A stretch of 64,000 nucleotides of DNA, from NCBI GenBank assembly GCA_964594775.1, contig CAZQNO010000001.1, forward strand, positions 1,195-65,194, written 5' to 3'. The DNA comes from an uncultured Spirochaetaceae bacterium. Lineage in GTDB: Bacteria > Spirochaetota > Spirochaetia > DSM-16054 > Sediminispirochaetaceae. Below the pieces are notes generated by a model that ran no database searches, had not been told where the DNA came from, and saw only the letters and a list, made by a program, of their open reading frames with translations. Of this stretch, positions 27,843-37,707 are shown piece by piece; position 1 is the first letter of the stretch, and every line of letters begins with the position of its first letter. The translations under genes and the position numbers were made by a program.

Positions 27843-28598
27843 TTAGTTTAAATTGAGCAGGAAGGAACCGAGATAGGTCATGTCGGCGGAGGTACCGTTT
27901 GCATAAATTTGCGTAAAACTCATGCTGTCGAATCCAAAGGGAACGGCAAAGACGGCAATGGCGATTCGCGGAGAGACATAATAGAGAGCAGGGTCTTGCG
28001 GATTAAAAAGTATATCGTCGTCTGTTTCCTCGTAGTCACTCAGGATGGTACTGAATGGAGGAAAATCCGGATCTGGGCTAGTCTTCTCAGTAGTTCTTTT
28101 AAAGGTGAGAGGAGAAGCAAGTATTGTGGATATTTCCAGCTCGAGATTTCCGTCTGTTTCCGTTATACGTCCGGTAAAGGAGGTATCCACATCCGCAGAA
28201 TCGATGGGAACAAGAGGACGTGTGCCGGCGTGAGTTGAAGAAACATAGAAGCGGCGATATCCCTGGTCTCCGGAACTATCTACTACGGAATTGGAGCTCA
28301 CCGCGATAAAATCACTGGTACCGTTAAAGTAGGCATTCATATCCGAAATGATGATCTCGTCTTCTATCGTGCCGGTGGGAGCCACCTCGCCGTCGGGATA
28401 GATTCTATAGTAGAACTCGTATCCTCGAAAAACGGAGGGATCGTTTCTTTCATCGTGACGAAAATCAATATCGGCGCCGCTTATGCGTTCCGGCGGAAAG
28501 AGATAGGGATAGGACTCTATACCGCAAGCGGAAAACAAGAGCAGCGTGAAAAAAAGCAGAGGAACTTCGATACCCTTAGGCGGGTGCATCGGCAGCAC
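27843..28598 (-). CDS. Hypothetical lipoprotein
   Basis: Its signal peptide ends in the lipobox LLFSAC. No family is recognised. Its start overlaps the end of the cyclase gene by 23 nt. Confidence 0.6.
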   Translation of the reverse strand: MLPMHPPKGIEVPLLFFTLLLFSACGIESYPYLFPPERISGADIDFRHDERNDPSVFRGYEFYYRIYPDGEVAPTGTIEDEIIISDMNAYFNGTSDFIAVSSNSVVDSSGDQGYRRFYVSSTHAGTRPLVPIDSADVDTSFTGRITETDGNLELEISTILASPLTFKRTTEKTSPDPDFPPFSTILSDYEETDDDILFNPQDPALYYVSPRIAIAVFAVPFGFDSMSFTQIYANGTSADMTYLGSFLLNLN

Positions 28599-31020
28599 TC
28601 CCCTGCCCGTTTTCCTTGATATCTATGAGTTCATAGATGAGTACCGGCTTATTCTTTCCTTTTACCCGGATATTATCGAGTTCTCGAGCGATAACTTGGT
28701 CTTCGACGAGACCGTAGGTATGCTCACTGATAATAATACGGGTCTTATATGCCTTGTTGGTACCTTCGAGCCGGGCTCCAAGGTTCACGTTGTCTCCAAT
28801 GAGGGTGTAATCCATCCGCTGAAGCGAACCCATGTTTCCCACCGTCATCCTGCCGGAGTTCAGGCCGATGCCGATGTCTAAGCGGTGCTCCTCGGGAAAG
28901 GTGCTGTTCAGCTCCTTGAGGGCCTGGATTTGTTCGACTGCGGACTTACAGGCCCGCAGCGCATGGTCTTCCTGCTCCAACGGTGCTCCCCAAAAGCACA
29001 TGATGGCATCGCCCTCGTATTTATCCAGAGTTCCCTCGTACTTGAGAATGATATCCGTCATGGCGGTAAGGTACTTGTTGAGAATTTTTACCAGCTCCTG
29101 CGGAGTCATGCTTTCGGAAATGGTGGTAAACCCTCTAATGTCGGAGAAGAATACGGTAATCTCCTTGTCGATACCGCCGAGCTCCGGAGGATTGTCGAGG
29201 ATTTGGTCGACGACCTTCGGGCTCACATAGGTGCCGAACATGCCGCGTATCCTCCGCTTGTCCTTTTCCTCCGTCATAACACGGTAGACCACTATAGAGA
29301 GAAAGGTAAAAAAGGTGGCAAGAGCCGGCGCACTGAAATTGATAATATAGGCTTCCCGGTCGAAGACTACCGAGCTGGTAATGAAGAGGGCCAAAATGAG
29401 AATGAGGGAAATAACAAAGGCCCAGATGGTCGATAATCGAGAAACAAAGATAGTGGTAATGAAGACAATGCCGATGAGGAGGGCAATATCTATCCAGGAG
29501 GGCACGTACTTGAGAAAATTATCCATGAGGATGGTGTTCAGTGCATTGGCGTGAACCTCAACGCCGTACATGAGACCATAGGGAGTCGGTTTGTGATCCG
29601 CTGCCATTCCTCGGGCAAAGCTGCCCACCATTATAATCTTGTTACCCAAAGCACGGGTCCGCGGCCAGGTGCTCGGGTCGGGTCCGGGAGGATTGGCGGA
29701 ATACCCCACGTAGGAACGCACGGGAAAGGTTTGTCGTGCTCCGGGAGAGGAGAAAGAGGGCGGTCCCATATAGTTGACGATCATATTCGCCTGTTCGTCG
29801 ATGGGAATGCGTAGTTCCTCGACAATCCGCATTTCGGCCTTTTTCACCAGTTCGCCGTTGTTATTGTATTCGGCCGGCTCCTCCTCCAGCTGATAGGGGA
29901 CCCATACGCCGTTTTGCGTATCGAAGTGCTGCGGTTCGGGAATGAGGATGTGATCACCGAGGACTAGCTCGATATCTTCAACCGTTCTATTGAAGTATTC
30001 GAGGGCAAGAGAAAGCGTAATGGAGGGAACAAAATGGTCCTTGTACTTGTAGATGACATAGTAGGAGTCGTCTACGGTGCCGTCGCTGTCGGTATCGATT
30101 TGCCGCACGGGAGCATCTGCTTCCAGGGTATTCAACAGAGAGTCAATCTGCTTTTCCGATAGAGGAAGGTCAATGTTGTGTTCGAAGCCGTCTCGATCAC
30201 GCCATACAAGCCGTTCGTAGTTCTCTGTAGCTACTTCAACGTTCGAAGTGAGTTCACGAAAGGGAAACTCGTCAATCAATTCGGAATACTTGGCGATCAT
30301 GGGTTGTCTGCGGAAGATCTCATCGGTATCTTTTAAGTAGTTCGGATGACCGTATCCTTTCGCGGCGGCGGCATAGGGCCTCAGTGGCGGTTGAACACCG
30401 TGGAACGCGAGCATGTCCCTCCACGGACCTTCCACCTTTCGCACTTCCCCATACTGTTCCATAAGTAACTTGAATCGGGAAACAAAGGCCTCCTCTTTTT
30501 CCGGAGGAGGCGGAACTTCGTCAAGGAGGGGCTCTAAAAATACCCGATTGTTAAAGGCAATGCTTTCGACGAGAATGCCGTCGTTTACCGCGTTGTCTGC
30601 CGGTTCGTTGAAGAAGATATCAAGAAGGACCGCCCTTTCTCGTTGATTTTGGTCTTGAATACGGGAAAAGGTGTCGAGCAGATTCGCGTGGGTATAGCGG
30701 GGAAAGGGCCAGCGGCCGATTCGGCTGAGAGTGCGAAAATCTATGCCGACTATGAGAATGTCTGAAGAGATATTGGGGTTTTGCTCGACAACCTTAACCC
30801 CCTCTTGGATCTCTTCGCTGCGGAAAATATCCTTGTAGCGAAAATGTACATCGAGGACTTTTACCTCTATGTTGTCGATGATCGCCGTGTACTCGGAAAG
30901 AGCGAGAAAGATGAGGACGACGATAGCGGCTATAACGAAACCGAAATATCGTGTCTCCAACAGCTTCGAGCGCTTACCCTTCTTTTTCTTTTTTTTCGCC
31001 GTGTCTTCGTTTTCCGCCAT
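28576..31020 (-). CDS. CHASE2 sensor domain-containing class III adenylate/guanylate cyclase
   Basis: It has an N-terminal TM segment, a periplasmic region of about 450 aa, and three TM segments. The cyclase core reads ITVFFSDIRGFTTISE...KYEGDAIMCFWGAP...IGLNSGRMTVGNMGS...DYTLIGDNVNLGARLE. Confidence 0.9.
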   Translation of the reverse strand: MAENEDTAKKKKKKGKRSKLLETRYFGFVIAAIVVLIFLALSEYTAIIDNIEVKVLDVHFRYKDIFRSEEIQEGVKVVEQNPNISSDILIVGIDFRTLSRIGRWPFPRYTHANLLDTFSRIQDQNQRERAVLLDIFFNEPADNAVNDGILVESIAFNNRVFLEPLLDEVPPPPEKEEAFVSRFKLLMEQYGEVRKVEGPWRDMLAFHGVQPPLRPYAAAAKGYGHPNYLKDTDEIFRRQPMIAKYSELIDEFPFRELTSNVEVATENYERLVWRDRDGFEHNIDLPLSEKQIDSLLNTLEADAPVRQIDTDSDGTVDDSYYVIYKYKDHFVPSITLSLALEYFNRTVEDIELVLGDHILIPEPQHFDTQNGVWVPYQLEEEPAEYNNNGELVKKAEMRIVEELRIPIDEQANMIVNYMGPPSFSSPGARQTFPVRSYVGYSANPPGPDPSTWPRTRALGNKIIMVGSFARGMAADHKPTPYGLMYGVEVHANALNTILMDNFLKYVPSWIDIALLIGIVFITTIFVSRLSTIWAFVISLILILALFITSSVVFDREAYIINFSAPALATFFTFLSIVVYRVMTEEKDKRRIRGMFGTYVSPKVVDQILDNPPELGGIDKEITVFFSDIRGFTTISESMTPQELVKILNKYLTAMTDIILKYEGTLDKYEGDAIMCFWGAPLEQEDHALRACKSAVEQIQALKELNSTFPEEHRLDIGIGLNSGRMTVGNMGSLQRMDYTLIGDNVNLGARLEGTNKAYKTRIIISEHTYGLVEDQVIARELDNIRVKGKNKPVLIYELIDIKENGQGSAADAPA

Positions 31021-31049
31021 CCCCTACTCCCCCTTCAAGCCCTTACAAA

Positions 31050-31733
31050 TTATTGTGTCTCTAGATAGATTATACGACTGCGGGCCGGTTTTGTCCAATT
31101 ACTCGAAGAAAAATTATCTACGACTCTGTTGTAAGCCTCAAGTGCCCCTTCCCTGTCGTTGAGAGACTCGTTGAGTCTTCCTAAGGAAAAGACCGCATGG
31201 GCTGCAACAGGAGAGCTCTCGGCGTAGCGCTCACCGATTTTTCGGTAGAGATCGAGGGCACCCGACGCGTCTGCGGACTCCTCTCGGCACACGGCGGCAC
31301 TCATAAGCGCGACGGGGGCAAGGTAGCTCTTCGGAAAGGTTTCGGCTACTTTCATGTAAGATTTCTCCGCCGCCTCCCACTGTTCCATTGCCGAATCGAG
31401 ATTACCCACCACCATTGCGGCTCTCGCCCCGGCGTAGAGCTTTGAATAATCTTCGAGAATTACCTCGGCACGTGCGCGGATCTCTTCCTCCAATGCCGGC
31501 TTGTCGGCATCATCGGCGCTCCGCCATTCTTCGAACGTATCGACCAATTCCTCGGCCATAACGGAGGATTTTTCTATTCGTGAGTTCATGACCACCGTAT
31601 ATACGACAATCGAGATGAGTATGACAGCCGCGACTCCGACTACCGCGACAATGAGATAGGTATAGCGAGTGAGAAAGGCAATGAGTTTTTCCTTTAAGGT
31701 GAGATCTTCCGTTTTTTCCCTGTGGTCTGCCAA
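31050..31733 (-). CDS. Membrane-anchored TPR-like protein (YfgM-like topology)
   Basis: The TTG at 31733 is preceded by AAGGAG with a 7-nt spacer. The track start at 31856 overlaps the upstream gene. It has one TM segment (YLIVAVVGVAAVILISIVVY) followed by helical TPR-like repeats. Confidence 0.62.
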   Translation of the reverse strand: MADHREKTEDLTLKEKLIAFLTRYTYLIVAVVGVAAVILISIVVYTVVMNSRIEKSSVMAEELVDTFEEWRSADDADKPALEEEIRARAEVILEDYSKLYAGARAAMVVGNLDSAMEQWEAAEKSYMKVAETFPKSYLAPVALMSAAVCREESADASGALDLYRKIGERYAESSPVAAHAVFSLGRLNESLNDREGALEAYNRVVDNFSSSNWTKPARSRIIYLETQ

Positions 31734-31768
31734 TGTGCTGCTCCTTGTTTTCCTATTCGTTTTTAATC

Positions 31769-33277
31769 CTAATCCCGCAAATCCATTTCCTTTATGAGTT
31801 TGGAGAGATAGGTACGTTGTATTTCCAATACCTTTGCGGTTTCGGTTTGATTCCAATCATGCTGCTGAAGTACCGTTTTTACATAGCCCCGCTTAAAGTC
31901 GTTCAGCGCCTCTTTCAGCGGCTTTTCACCGTAATCACCGATACCCATACCGCTGTCGCTTTGAATGAGAAGATCCCCGATAGTGATTTGCGTTCCTTTA
32001 GAGATGACTGTCGCCCGTTCTATTACGTTCTCGAGTTCCCGAACGTTCCCGGGCCAGGAGTAGTTCATAAGAACTTCCATCGCTTCGGGCAGTATACCGT
32101 CTATCTTCTTTCCTGTTTCTCTCATCAGCCGGGCGAGAAAGTGTTCGGTAAGCTCGGGAATGTCTTCACGACGTTCCCTCAATGGAGGAACGAAGAAGGG
32201 GAGCACATTAAGGCGGTAGTAGAGATCTTCACGAAAACGTTCCTCTTCCACCTCTTCTTCGATATCCTTGTTCGTCGCGGCAACGATGCGAACATCGACA
32301 ACGGTAGTATCCGATGAACCTACTTTCTGAAAGGATTTGTGCTGAATGACGCGAAGCAATTTTGCCTGTAAAGACAGGGGCAGCTCTCCGATTTCATCGA
32401 GGAAGATGCTTCCACCGTCGGCCAGTTCGAAGCGTCCTGCCCGGTCGCGGTTCGCGTCGGTAAAGGCCCCCTTCACGTGCCCAAAGAGTTCGCTCTCGAG
32501 AAGGTCCGGCGGCAGAGCGGCGCAGTTTACCCGGATGAAGGGTCCCTTCTGCCGTTTACTGCGCAGATGGATCTGTTCGGCGAAGAGCTCCTTTCCACTG
32601 CCGCTTTCTCCGGTAATCAGCACGGGGGATTCGGTTTCGGCGAGTCTCGCGGCAACTTCAAGTTTTTCCGTTATGATTTTGCTCGAACCGACGAGGCTGT
32701 GAAAACCTTTGTCCTCCTTGAGTTTGTCCTTGAGAACGTAGACTTCGTTTCTCACCTTGCGGTACTCTTCTGCATTTTGCATTGCGAGAGCCGCCTGATC
32801 GGCAAAGACTTCGAGCCATTGAAGGTCGTCGTTGGAAAACTGCCCGCCCCCCTTCTTATTGACTATTTCGATGACGCCGATGCACTGATCCTTTACCCGC
32901 ATCGGTACGGCAAGAATGGAGGAGGTGGGAAAGCCGACCTTCCTGCTTATGTCTGAGTAGAAGCGATCGTCCATATCGACGTCGTTTACAATGAGGCTTC
33001 GATTGTTCTGGGCCACCCAGCCGGCAATACCCTCGCCCATTTTTAAAGAGAATCTTCTCACCTCTTCACCTTTTGATCCCAAGGCAACCTCGAAATAGAG
33101 GGTCTCGTTTTCGGGGTTCACCAAGAGGATAGAAGACGCTTCCCCGTAACTGATGCGGGTAGCCGATTCGAGTATGCGGGTAAGAAGTGTCCTGCCCTTA
33201 TGCACGTCGGAGGCAATGAGCGTGTTGATTTCTATAAGTGTCTGCAGCCGCGCCGAATCGATATTGGCGGTAAACAT
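31769..33277 (-). CDS. Sigma-54-dependent transcriptional activator (bEBP): GAF + AAA+ + Fis-type HTH
   Basis: The GAF region includes [18 protein letters not shown]...[20 protein letters not shown]. The Walker A motif is [12 protein letters not shown]. The sigma-54 contact loop reads GAFTDA. Other motifs are FLDEIGEL and the [25 protein letters not shown] place the start at the ATG at 33277; the track start lies inside rpsA. Confidence 0.9.
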   Translation of the reverse strand: MFTANIDSARLQTLIEINTLIASDVHKGRTLLTRILESATRISYGEASSILLVNPENETLYFEVALGSKGEEVRRFSLKMGEGIAGWVAQNNRSLIVNDVDMDDRFYSDISRKVGFPTSSILAVPMRVKDQCIGVIEIVNKKGGGQFSNDDLQWLEVFADQAALAMQNAEEYRKVRNEVYVLKDKLKEDKGFHSLVGSSKIITEKLEVAARLAETESPVLITGESGSGKELFAEQIHLRSKRQKGPFIRVNCAALPPDLLESELFGHVKGAFTDANRDRAGRFELADGGSIFLDEIGELPLSLQAKLLRVIQHKSFQKVGSSDTTVVDVRIVAATNKDIEEEVEEERFREDLYYRLNVLPFFVPPLRERREDIPELTEHFLARLMRETGKKIDGILPEAMEVLMNYSWPGNVRELENVIERATVISKGTQITIGDLLIQSDSGMGIGDYGEKPLKEALNDFKRGYVKTVLQQHDWNQTETAKVLEIQRTYLSKLIKEMDLRD

Positions 33278-33278
33278 G

Positions 33279-34991
33279 CTAGGAGTCTGATTGTTCGTTC
33301 TCCTTTTCTTTAAGGAGATCAGCGAAGGTAGCGGTAGACTCATCATCATCGTCGTGGATGTACTTTGAGAGCTCCTGCTTTTGCTGCTTCTTCTGTAACT
33401 CCTTAATGGAGAGCGAAAGCCGTTGACTTCCCGGCTTTATATCGGTAACGACCGCCGTTACCTGGTCCCCGGGTTTGTATCTCTGTAACAATTCTTCTTC
33501 GGGAACATCTTCGTTCGGTCCGGAAAGACTGAATTTATGGATGAGACCCTCGATGTCTCCGGGAACTCTTACGAAGACGCCGAAATCGGTAACCGAAGTG
33601 ACTTCACCTTCGATGGTGCTTCCCTTGGGATAAGAGTTTACCAGACTTCTCCATGGGTCCTCGGAAAGCTGTTTGACGCCGAGGCGAATTCGGTGAGATT
33701 CGGAGTCGACGCTCGTGACGATGCACTCGATCTCTTCGCCTTCGGTGAGGATAGATGAGGGATTCTTGATCTTCTTCGTCCAAGAGAGATCGTCGGCATG
33801 AAGAAAACCGTCGATACCGTCTTCGAGTTCGACGAAAGCTCCCGCATTGGTGATTTTAACCACCTTCCTTTTTAGTCTGGTGCCTACGGGATAATTATCG
33901 GTAATGTTGTCCCATGGATTATCCAGTACCTGCTTCATGCCGAGGGAGACTCTTCCCTGTTGAATGTCGTAGGAAAGTATTTTCACGTCTACTTCGTCGC
34001 CGACGGACAGTATTTCCTTGGGATGGTTGACCCGTTTTACCCAAGACAGCTCAGATATATGGACGAGTCCTTCGACCCCTTCTTCAAGCTCAACGAAGGC
34101 ACCGAAATCGGTGAGTTTCGTTACATGACCGGTAACGATATCGTCTACATGGTACTTGTTTTCGAAATCGAGCCAGGGGTCCGGGGTAAAGTGTTTGAGA
34201 GACAGATTGATCTTCTGTTCTTCCGGATCAAGATTAATCACCTTCAGGAGAATTTCCTGGCCCTTTTTGACAAAATCCTTTGGACGAGTGACGTGGCCCC
34301 AGCTCATATCGTTTATATGAAGAAGACCGTCGAAGCCTCCAAGGTCGATAAATGCACCGAAGCTGGTAAAACTCTTTACCGTGCCGCTTACTTCGTCGCC
34401 TATTTGGGTATTCTCAAAAAAGTTTTTCTTCCGCCGATCGATTTCCTTCTCGAGGTAGCCTCTGCGGGAGAGGACAATTTTGAGTTTGTTGTTGCTGTAG
34501 AGGCGGTCTAAGAGAAAGAGTGCCTCTGTACCGATGTACTCTTCGGGCTCTTCCACCCGCATTACGTCGGACTTGGAAAAGGGACAAAAACCACGGACAT
34601 CGTGTCCCATATCAACCTCGAAACCGCCCTTGATGTGTTTATCAAAGGTGCCCTTTACCGGTTCTTCGGTGTCGAAGGCTTCTCTCAGTTCTTTCCAAAA
34701 GTTCCGCACATCGGCTTTCTTCTTCGATACGACGACCTGACCACCCTTGCCCTCTTTTTTTATGAGCACAACGGGTACGGTTTCTCCTATTTCCGGCGTT
34801 TTCCCGAATTCATTGAGAGGGATCTTTCCCTCGGATTTGTAACCGACATCGACGAAAACCTGTTCTTCCGTCGTCGCTACCACTACACCGTCTATTAGTT
34901 GTCCCTCTTCGAGGTCCTCGAGGGATTTGAGGTATTCCTCTTGCAAGCTCGATTGAATGTCGGTTTTCGTTTCTGTTTCTTTTTCCGCCAT
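33279..34991 (-). CDS. rpsA: 30S ribosomal protein S1
   Basis: It is 570 aa with six S1-type OB repeats (e.g. GxV..vt.fGaFVdl..[10 protein letters not shown]). Confidence 0.95.
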   Translation of the reverse strand: MAEKETETKTDIQSSLQEEYLKSLEDLEEGQLIDGVVVATTEEQVFVDVGYKSEGKIPLNEFGKTPEIGETVPVVLIKKEGKGGQVVVSKKKADVRNFWKELREAFDTEEPVKGTFDKHIKGGFEVDMGHDVRGFCPFSKSDVMRVEEPEEYIGTEALFLLDRLYSNNKLKIVLSRRGYLEKEIDRRKKNFFENTQIGDEVSGTVKSFTSFGAFIDLGGFDGLLHINDMSWGHVTRPKDFVKKGQEILLKVINLDPEEQKINLSLKHFTPDPWLDFENKYHVDDIVTGHVTKLTDFGAFVELEEGVEGLVHISELSWVKRVNHPKEILSVGDEVDVKILSYDIQQGRVSLGMKQVLDNPWDNITDNYPVGTRLKRKVVKITNAGAFVELEDGIDGFLHADDLSWTKKIKNPSSILTEGEEIECIVTSVDSESHRIRLGVKQLSEDPWRSLVNSYPKGSTIEGEVTSVTDFGVFVRVPGDIEGLIHKFSLSGPNEDVPEEELLQRYKPGDQVTAVVTDIKPGSQRLSLSIKELQKKQQKQELSKYIHDDDDESTATFADLLKEKENEQSDS

Positions 34992-35011
34992 CTCTACTCT
35001 ACTACTCCCGA

Positions 35012-35677
35012 TTACTTATGTTTCTGTCGCACAGTTTCTATCACTTTCTCACAAACTCGATCTATGGTCAAGTACGAGGTGTCTAGGTATATTGCATCAT
35101 CGGAAAGGGCCATCCTTCCCACCTTTTTTGTTGCGTCTATTTCATCCCGTTTTCGTATGCGTTCGCGAATTTCATCGAGACTAAGCGTGCTCGTTCCTTG
35201 AGAAAAGCGCCGGCGGGCTCTCGTTTCTACCGATGCGTCGAGAAAGATCTTTACATCCGCCTCGGGAAAAACGACGGTGCTGATGTCTCTGCCCTCCACC
35301 ACCGCTTCGATTCCGCTAGACAAATATCTGAGCTTATCGTTGACGAGTTCGCGAATAGGCACGTAGGAGGACACCTGAGCGACCCATTCGTCCACTTCAT
35401 CGCTGTGGAGGAACGGATTTACCGCTTTTCCGTCTATCGCGAGAGCGTCGTTCTCATACGTAAATGAGAGCTTCTTTACAAAGGAGACGAGTTCCTCCTC
35501 ATCCAAGGGATCGATTGAAGAATTGTGCAAAACGGCCCAGGTTACTGCGCGGTAGAGATTTCCGGAATTTATGTAGCGGAATCCGAGGGTTCGGGCTACA
35601 CGTTCTGCGACAGAACTCTTTCCAACTCCCGCAGGACCGTCGAGGGCTAAGATGAAGCGTTTCGATTGAGAAACCAC
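35012..35677 (-). CDS. cmk: Cytidylate kinase
   Basis: It carries ILALDGPAGVGKSSVAERVARTLGFRYINSGNLYRA, and it shows the conserved cmk-rpsA adjacency. Confidence 0.95.
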   Translation of the reverse strand: MVSQSKRFILALDGPAGVGKSSVAERVARTLGFRYINSGNLYRAVTWAVLHNSSIDPLDEEELVSFVKKLSFTYENDALAIDGKAVNPFLHSDEVDEWVAQVSSYVPIRELVNDKLRYLSSGIEAVVEGRDISTVVFPEADVKIFLDASVETRARRRFSQGTSTLSLDEIRERIRKRDEIDATKKVGRMALSDDAIYLDTSYLTIDRVCEKVIETVRQKHK

Positions 35678-36396
35678 GCTACCTCCCGAGTGCTGAGATT
35701 TCTATAGGCACCGAAGGGAATGCCTTCCAGGCTGATCGGACCGATTCTCGTGCGGACAAGACGTTGTAGTGCAATGCCGAATTCCTTACAGATGCGGCGA
35801 ATCTCCCGGTTTTTCCCCTCGATGAGGATAATACGCAGCGTAGTGGAATTGCCTATAGCATAATCCTCGATGCGGTACCGCACACCGTCTATTTCTACTC
35901 CCCGTTTTGCATTCTCCAGGGCCTTTTTCGTGGAAGCTTCGTCTATCTTTTCGCTTGAATAAACGACATACTCCTTTTCTATTTCTGAAGACGGATGCCC
36001 GGCTTTACGGGCGAATTCTCCGTCGTTGGTAAAGAGTATCAGTCCTTCGGACATGAAGTCTAGCCGCCCCACGTTGTAGAGCCGTTCTTCGAAGTGGGGT
36101 GTTAAAAGATCGAGAGCGAGGGCTCTTCCTTCGGGGTCATCGCTGCTGCATATGTAGCGCGGCGGTTTATGGAGAGCGATATATCTGTTCACCTGCTGCG
36201 GTGACACCGGCTTACCGTCAAAGAGTATCCGATCAAGGGGACGTACCTTTACGCCCTTCTCCCGGACGACCGCACCGTTGACCTTTACTCTCCCCTCGGA
36301 TATGTAGTTCTCACATCTCCTGCGTGATCCGATACCACTGCGTGCCAGATACAGCTGCAGTCGAATCGGCGCGTCTTTTTCAGTCTCCGCTTCCAT
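35647..36396 (-). CDS. rluB: Pseudouridine synthase, RsuA/RluB family
   Basis: The S4 domain reads RLQLYLARSGIGSRRRCENYISEGRVKVNG. The catalytic motif is VGRLDFMSEGLILFTNDGE. The start could be either 36396 or 36432. Confidence 0.85.
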   Translation of the reverse strand: MEAETEKDAPIRLQLYLARSGIGSRRRCENYISEGRVKVNGAVVREKGVKVRPLDRILFDGKPVSPQQVNRYIALHKPPRYICSSDDPEGRALALDLLTPHFEERLYNVGRLDFMSEGLILFTNDGEFARKAGHPSSEIEKEYVVYSSEKIDEASTKKALENAKRGVEIDGVRYRIEDYAIGNSTTLRIILIEGKNREIRRICKEFGIALQRLVRTRIGPISLEGIPFGAYRNLSTREVAWFLNRNASS

Positions 36397-36928
36397 CGCC
36401 GTCCAATGTAAAGCGGTCCTGATTGAGCTCATCGAGCTTCGGCAGCTCGGAGATGCTGCGCAAACGGAAGCTTTTCAAGAATTCCCTGGTGGTACCGTAC
36501 TGCAGCGGTTTTCCCGGCACATCCTTTTTCCCCACGGGTTTCACCAGTCCCCGGTCCTGAAGCCGGCGGACCATGTTGGCCGAAGAGACTCCTCTAATGT
36601 TCTCTATTTCACCCCTGGTGACGGGCTGAGAGTACGCGATAATCGAAAGAGTTTCCAGGGCTGCCCGTGAGAGCCGATTTTCGTTTCGCTTGCCGTAGCG
36701 GGATTTAAGGAAGTCCCGGAGCTCCTCCTTCGGGGTAAATTGTATTCCGCCGCTCATTTCGATGAGTTCGATTCCATGCGAATAATCGGCGTACTTCTCC
36801 CGCAGCTTCTCGATCGCCGCCTTAACGACAGCCGTATCGAGTTCGGCATACTGAGCAATTTTTCCGATCTCTATCGCCTCATTTTCGAGAAAAAGAATTG
36901 CCTCAACGAGGGCTGTCTCCCGTTCCAG
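36380..36928 (-). CDS. scpB: Segregation and condensation protein B (ScpB); inferred CTG start
   Basis: The track ORF (ATG at 36757) lacks the first winged-helix domain. The same frame is open up to 36940 and encodes ERETALVEAILFLENEAIEIGKIAQYAELDTAVVKAAIEKLREKYA, a typical ScpB N-terminus. The only plausible start is the CTG at 36928, 6 nt after an AAGGAGG SD. The result is 182 aa, a normal ScpB length. Confidence 0.8.
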   Translation of the reverse strand: MERETALVEAILFLENEAIEIGKIAQYAELDTAVVKAAIEKLREKYADYSHGIELIEMSGGIQFTPKEELRDFLKSRYGKRNENRLSRAALETLSIIAYSQPVTRGEIENIRGVSSANMVRRLQDRGLVKPVGKKDVPGKPLQYGTTREFLKSFRLRSISELPKLDELNQDRFTLDGDGSGD

Positions 36929-36930
36929 TT

Positions 36931-37701
36931 TTAGCCTCCTTCATTTTCCTGTTCCCGGCTCAAGGACAAGCCGGGGCCCCGACGTAATTTTATATCACCA
37001 AAAAGGCGGTTTTGGAAGACGAGAACGATCCGCATTTTTATTGAGTCGAGGATTGCCAAAAATGCGCAGATGATTTCCATGGGACTCTTGCCGTGAACGA
37101 TGAGGTCGGTGAAGAAAAACTCATCTTTTTCATCAAGGAGTTCATTTATAAGACTGATCTTTTCATTCACGGTAACTTCTTCATGGAGGTCGATGACGTT
37201 TTCGGCAGAAAGAGACGAGATTATGGTGGAGAAGGTCTTAAGCAGATCCCACACATCGATCTTCGTCCACATCTGCTCGTCGCTGTCGAAGGGAAGAGGC
37301 TGCTGAATTTTTTTCCGCTCGATGAGCCACTCGGATTCTTCTTCTTTTTTGAGCATCATGTCGGTAAGCTGTTTGTAGCGTTGATATTCTATGAGCCTCT
37401 CCACCAGCTCTTTTCGCGGATCTTCAATCTCCTCGACGAAGTCGACCTCCACGGGAAGAAGCATCTGTGATTTTATGTAGAGAAGAGTCGATGCCATGAG
37501 GTAGAATTCGGTAATCTGTTCAAGGTCTATCCGCGTCGCGTATTCGATATAGGAAAGGTACTGCTCGGTGATTTCGGCGATTGGAATGTCATAGATGTTT
37601 ATCTCGTTTTTCTTTATGAGAAAGAGGAGAAGATCTAATGGTCCTTCGAAGCGGTCGAGCTTGAAGCGCTGTTTATCCTGTTCTTCCGTGCTAACCGTCA
37701 T
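36931..37701 (-). CDS. scpA: Segregation and condensation protein A (ScpA kleisin)
   Basis: It carries FKLDRFEGPLDLLLFLIKKNEINIYDIPIAEITEQYL and sits immediately upstream of scpB. Confidence 0.9.
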   Translation of the reverse strand: MTVSTEEQDKQRFKLDRFEGPLDLLLFLIKKNEINIYDIPIAEITEQYLSYIEYATRIDLEQITEFYLMASTLLYIKSQMLLPVEVDFVEEIEDPRKELVERLIEYQRYKQLTDMMLKKEEESEWLIERKKIQQPLPFDSDEQMWTKIDVWDLLKTFSTIISSLSAENVIDLHEEVTVNEKISLINELLDEKDEFFFTDLIVHGKSPMEIICAFLAILDSIKMRIVLVFQNRLFGDIKLRRGPGLSLSREQENEGG

Positions 37702-37707
37702 GAACTA

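Noticed and set aside
36740-36934. A 64-aa plus-strand ORF in the apparent gap between scpA and the track version of scpB.
   Set aside because: The region is fully explained by the conserved N-terminal winged helix of ScpB on the minus strand.
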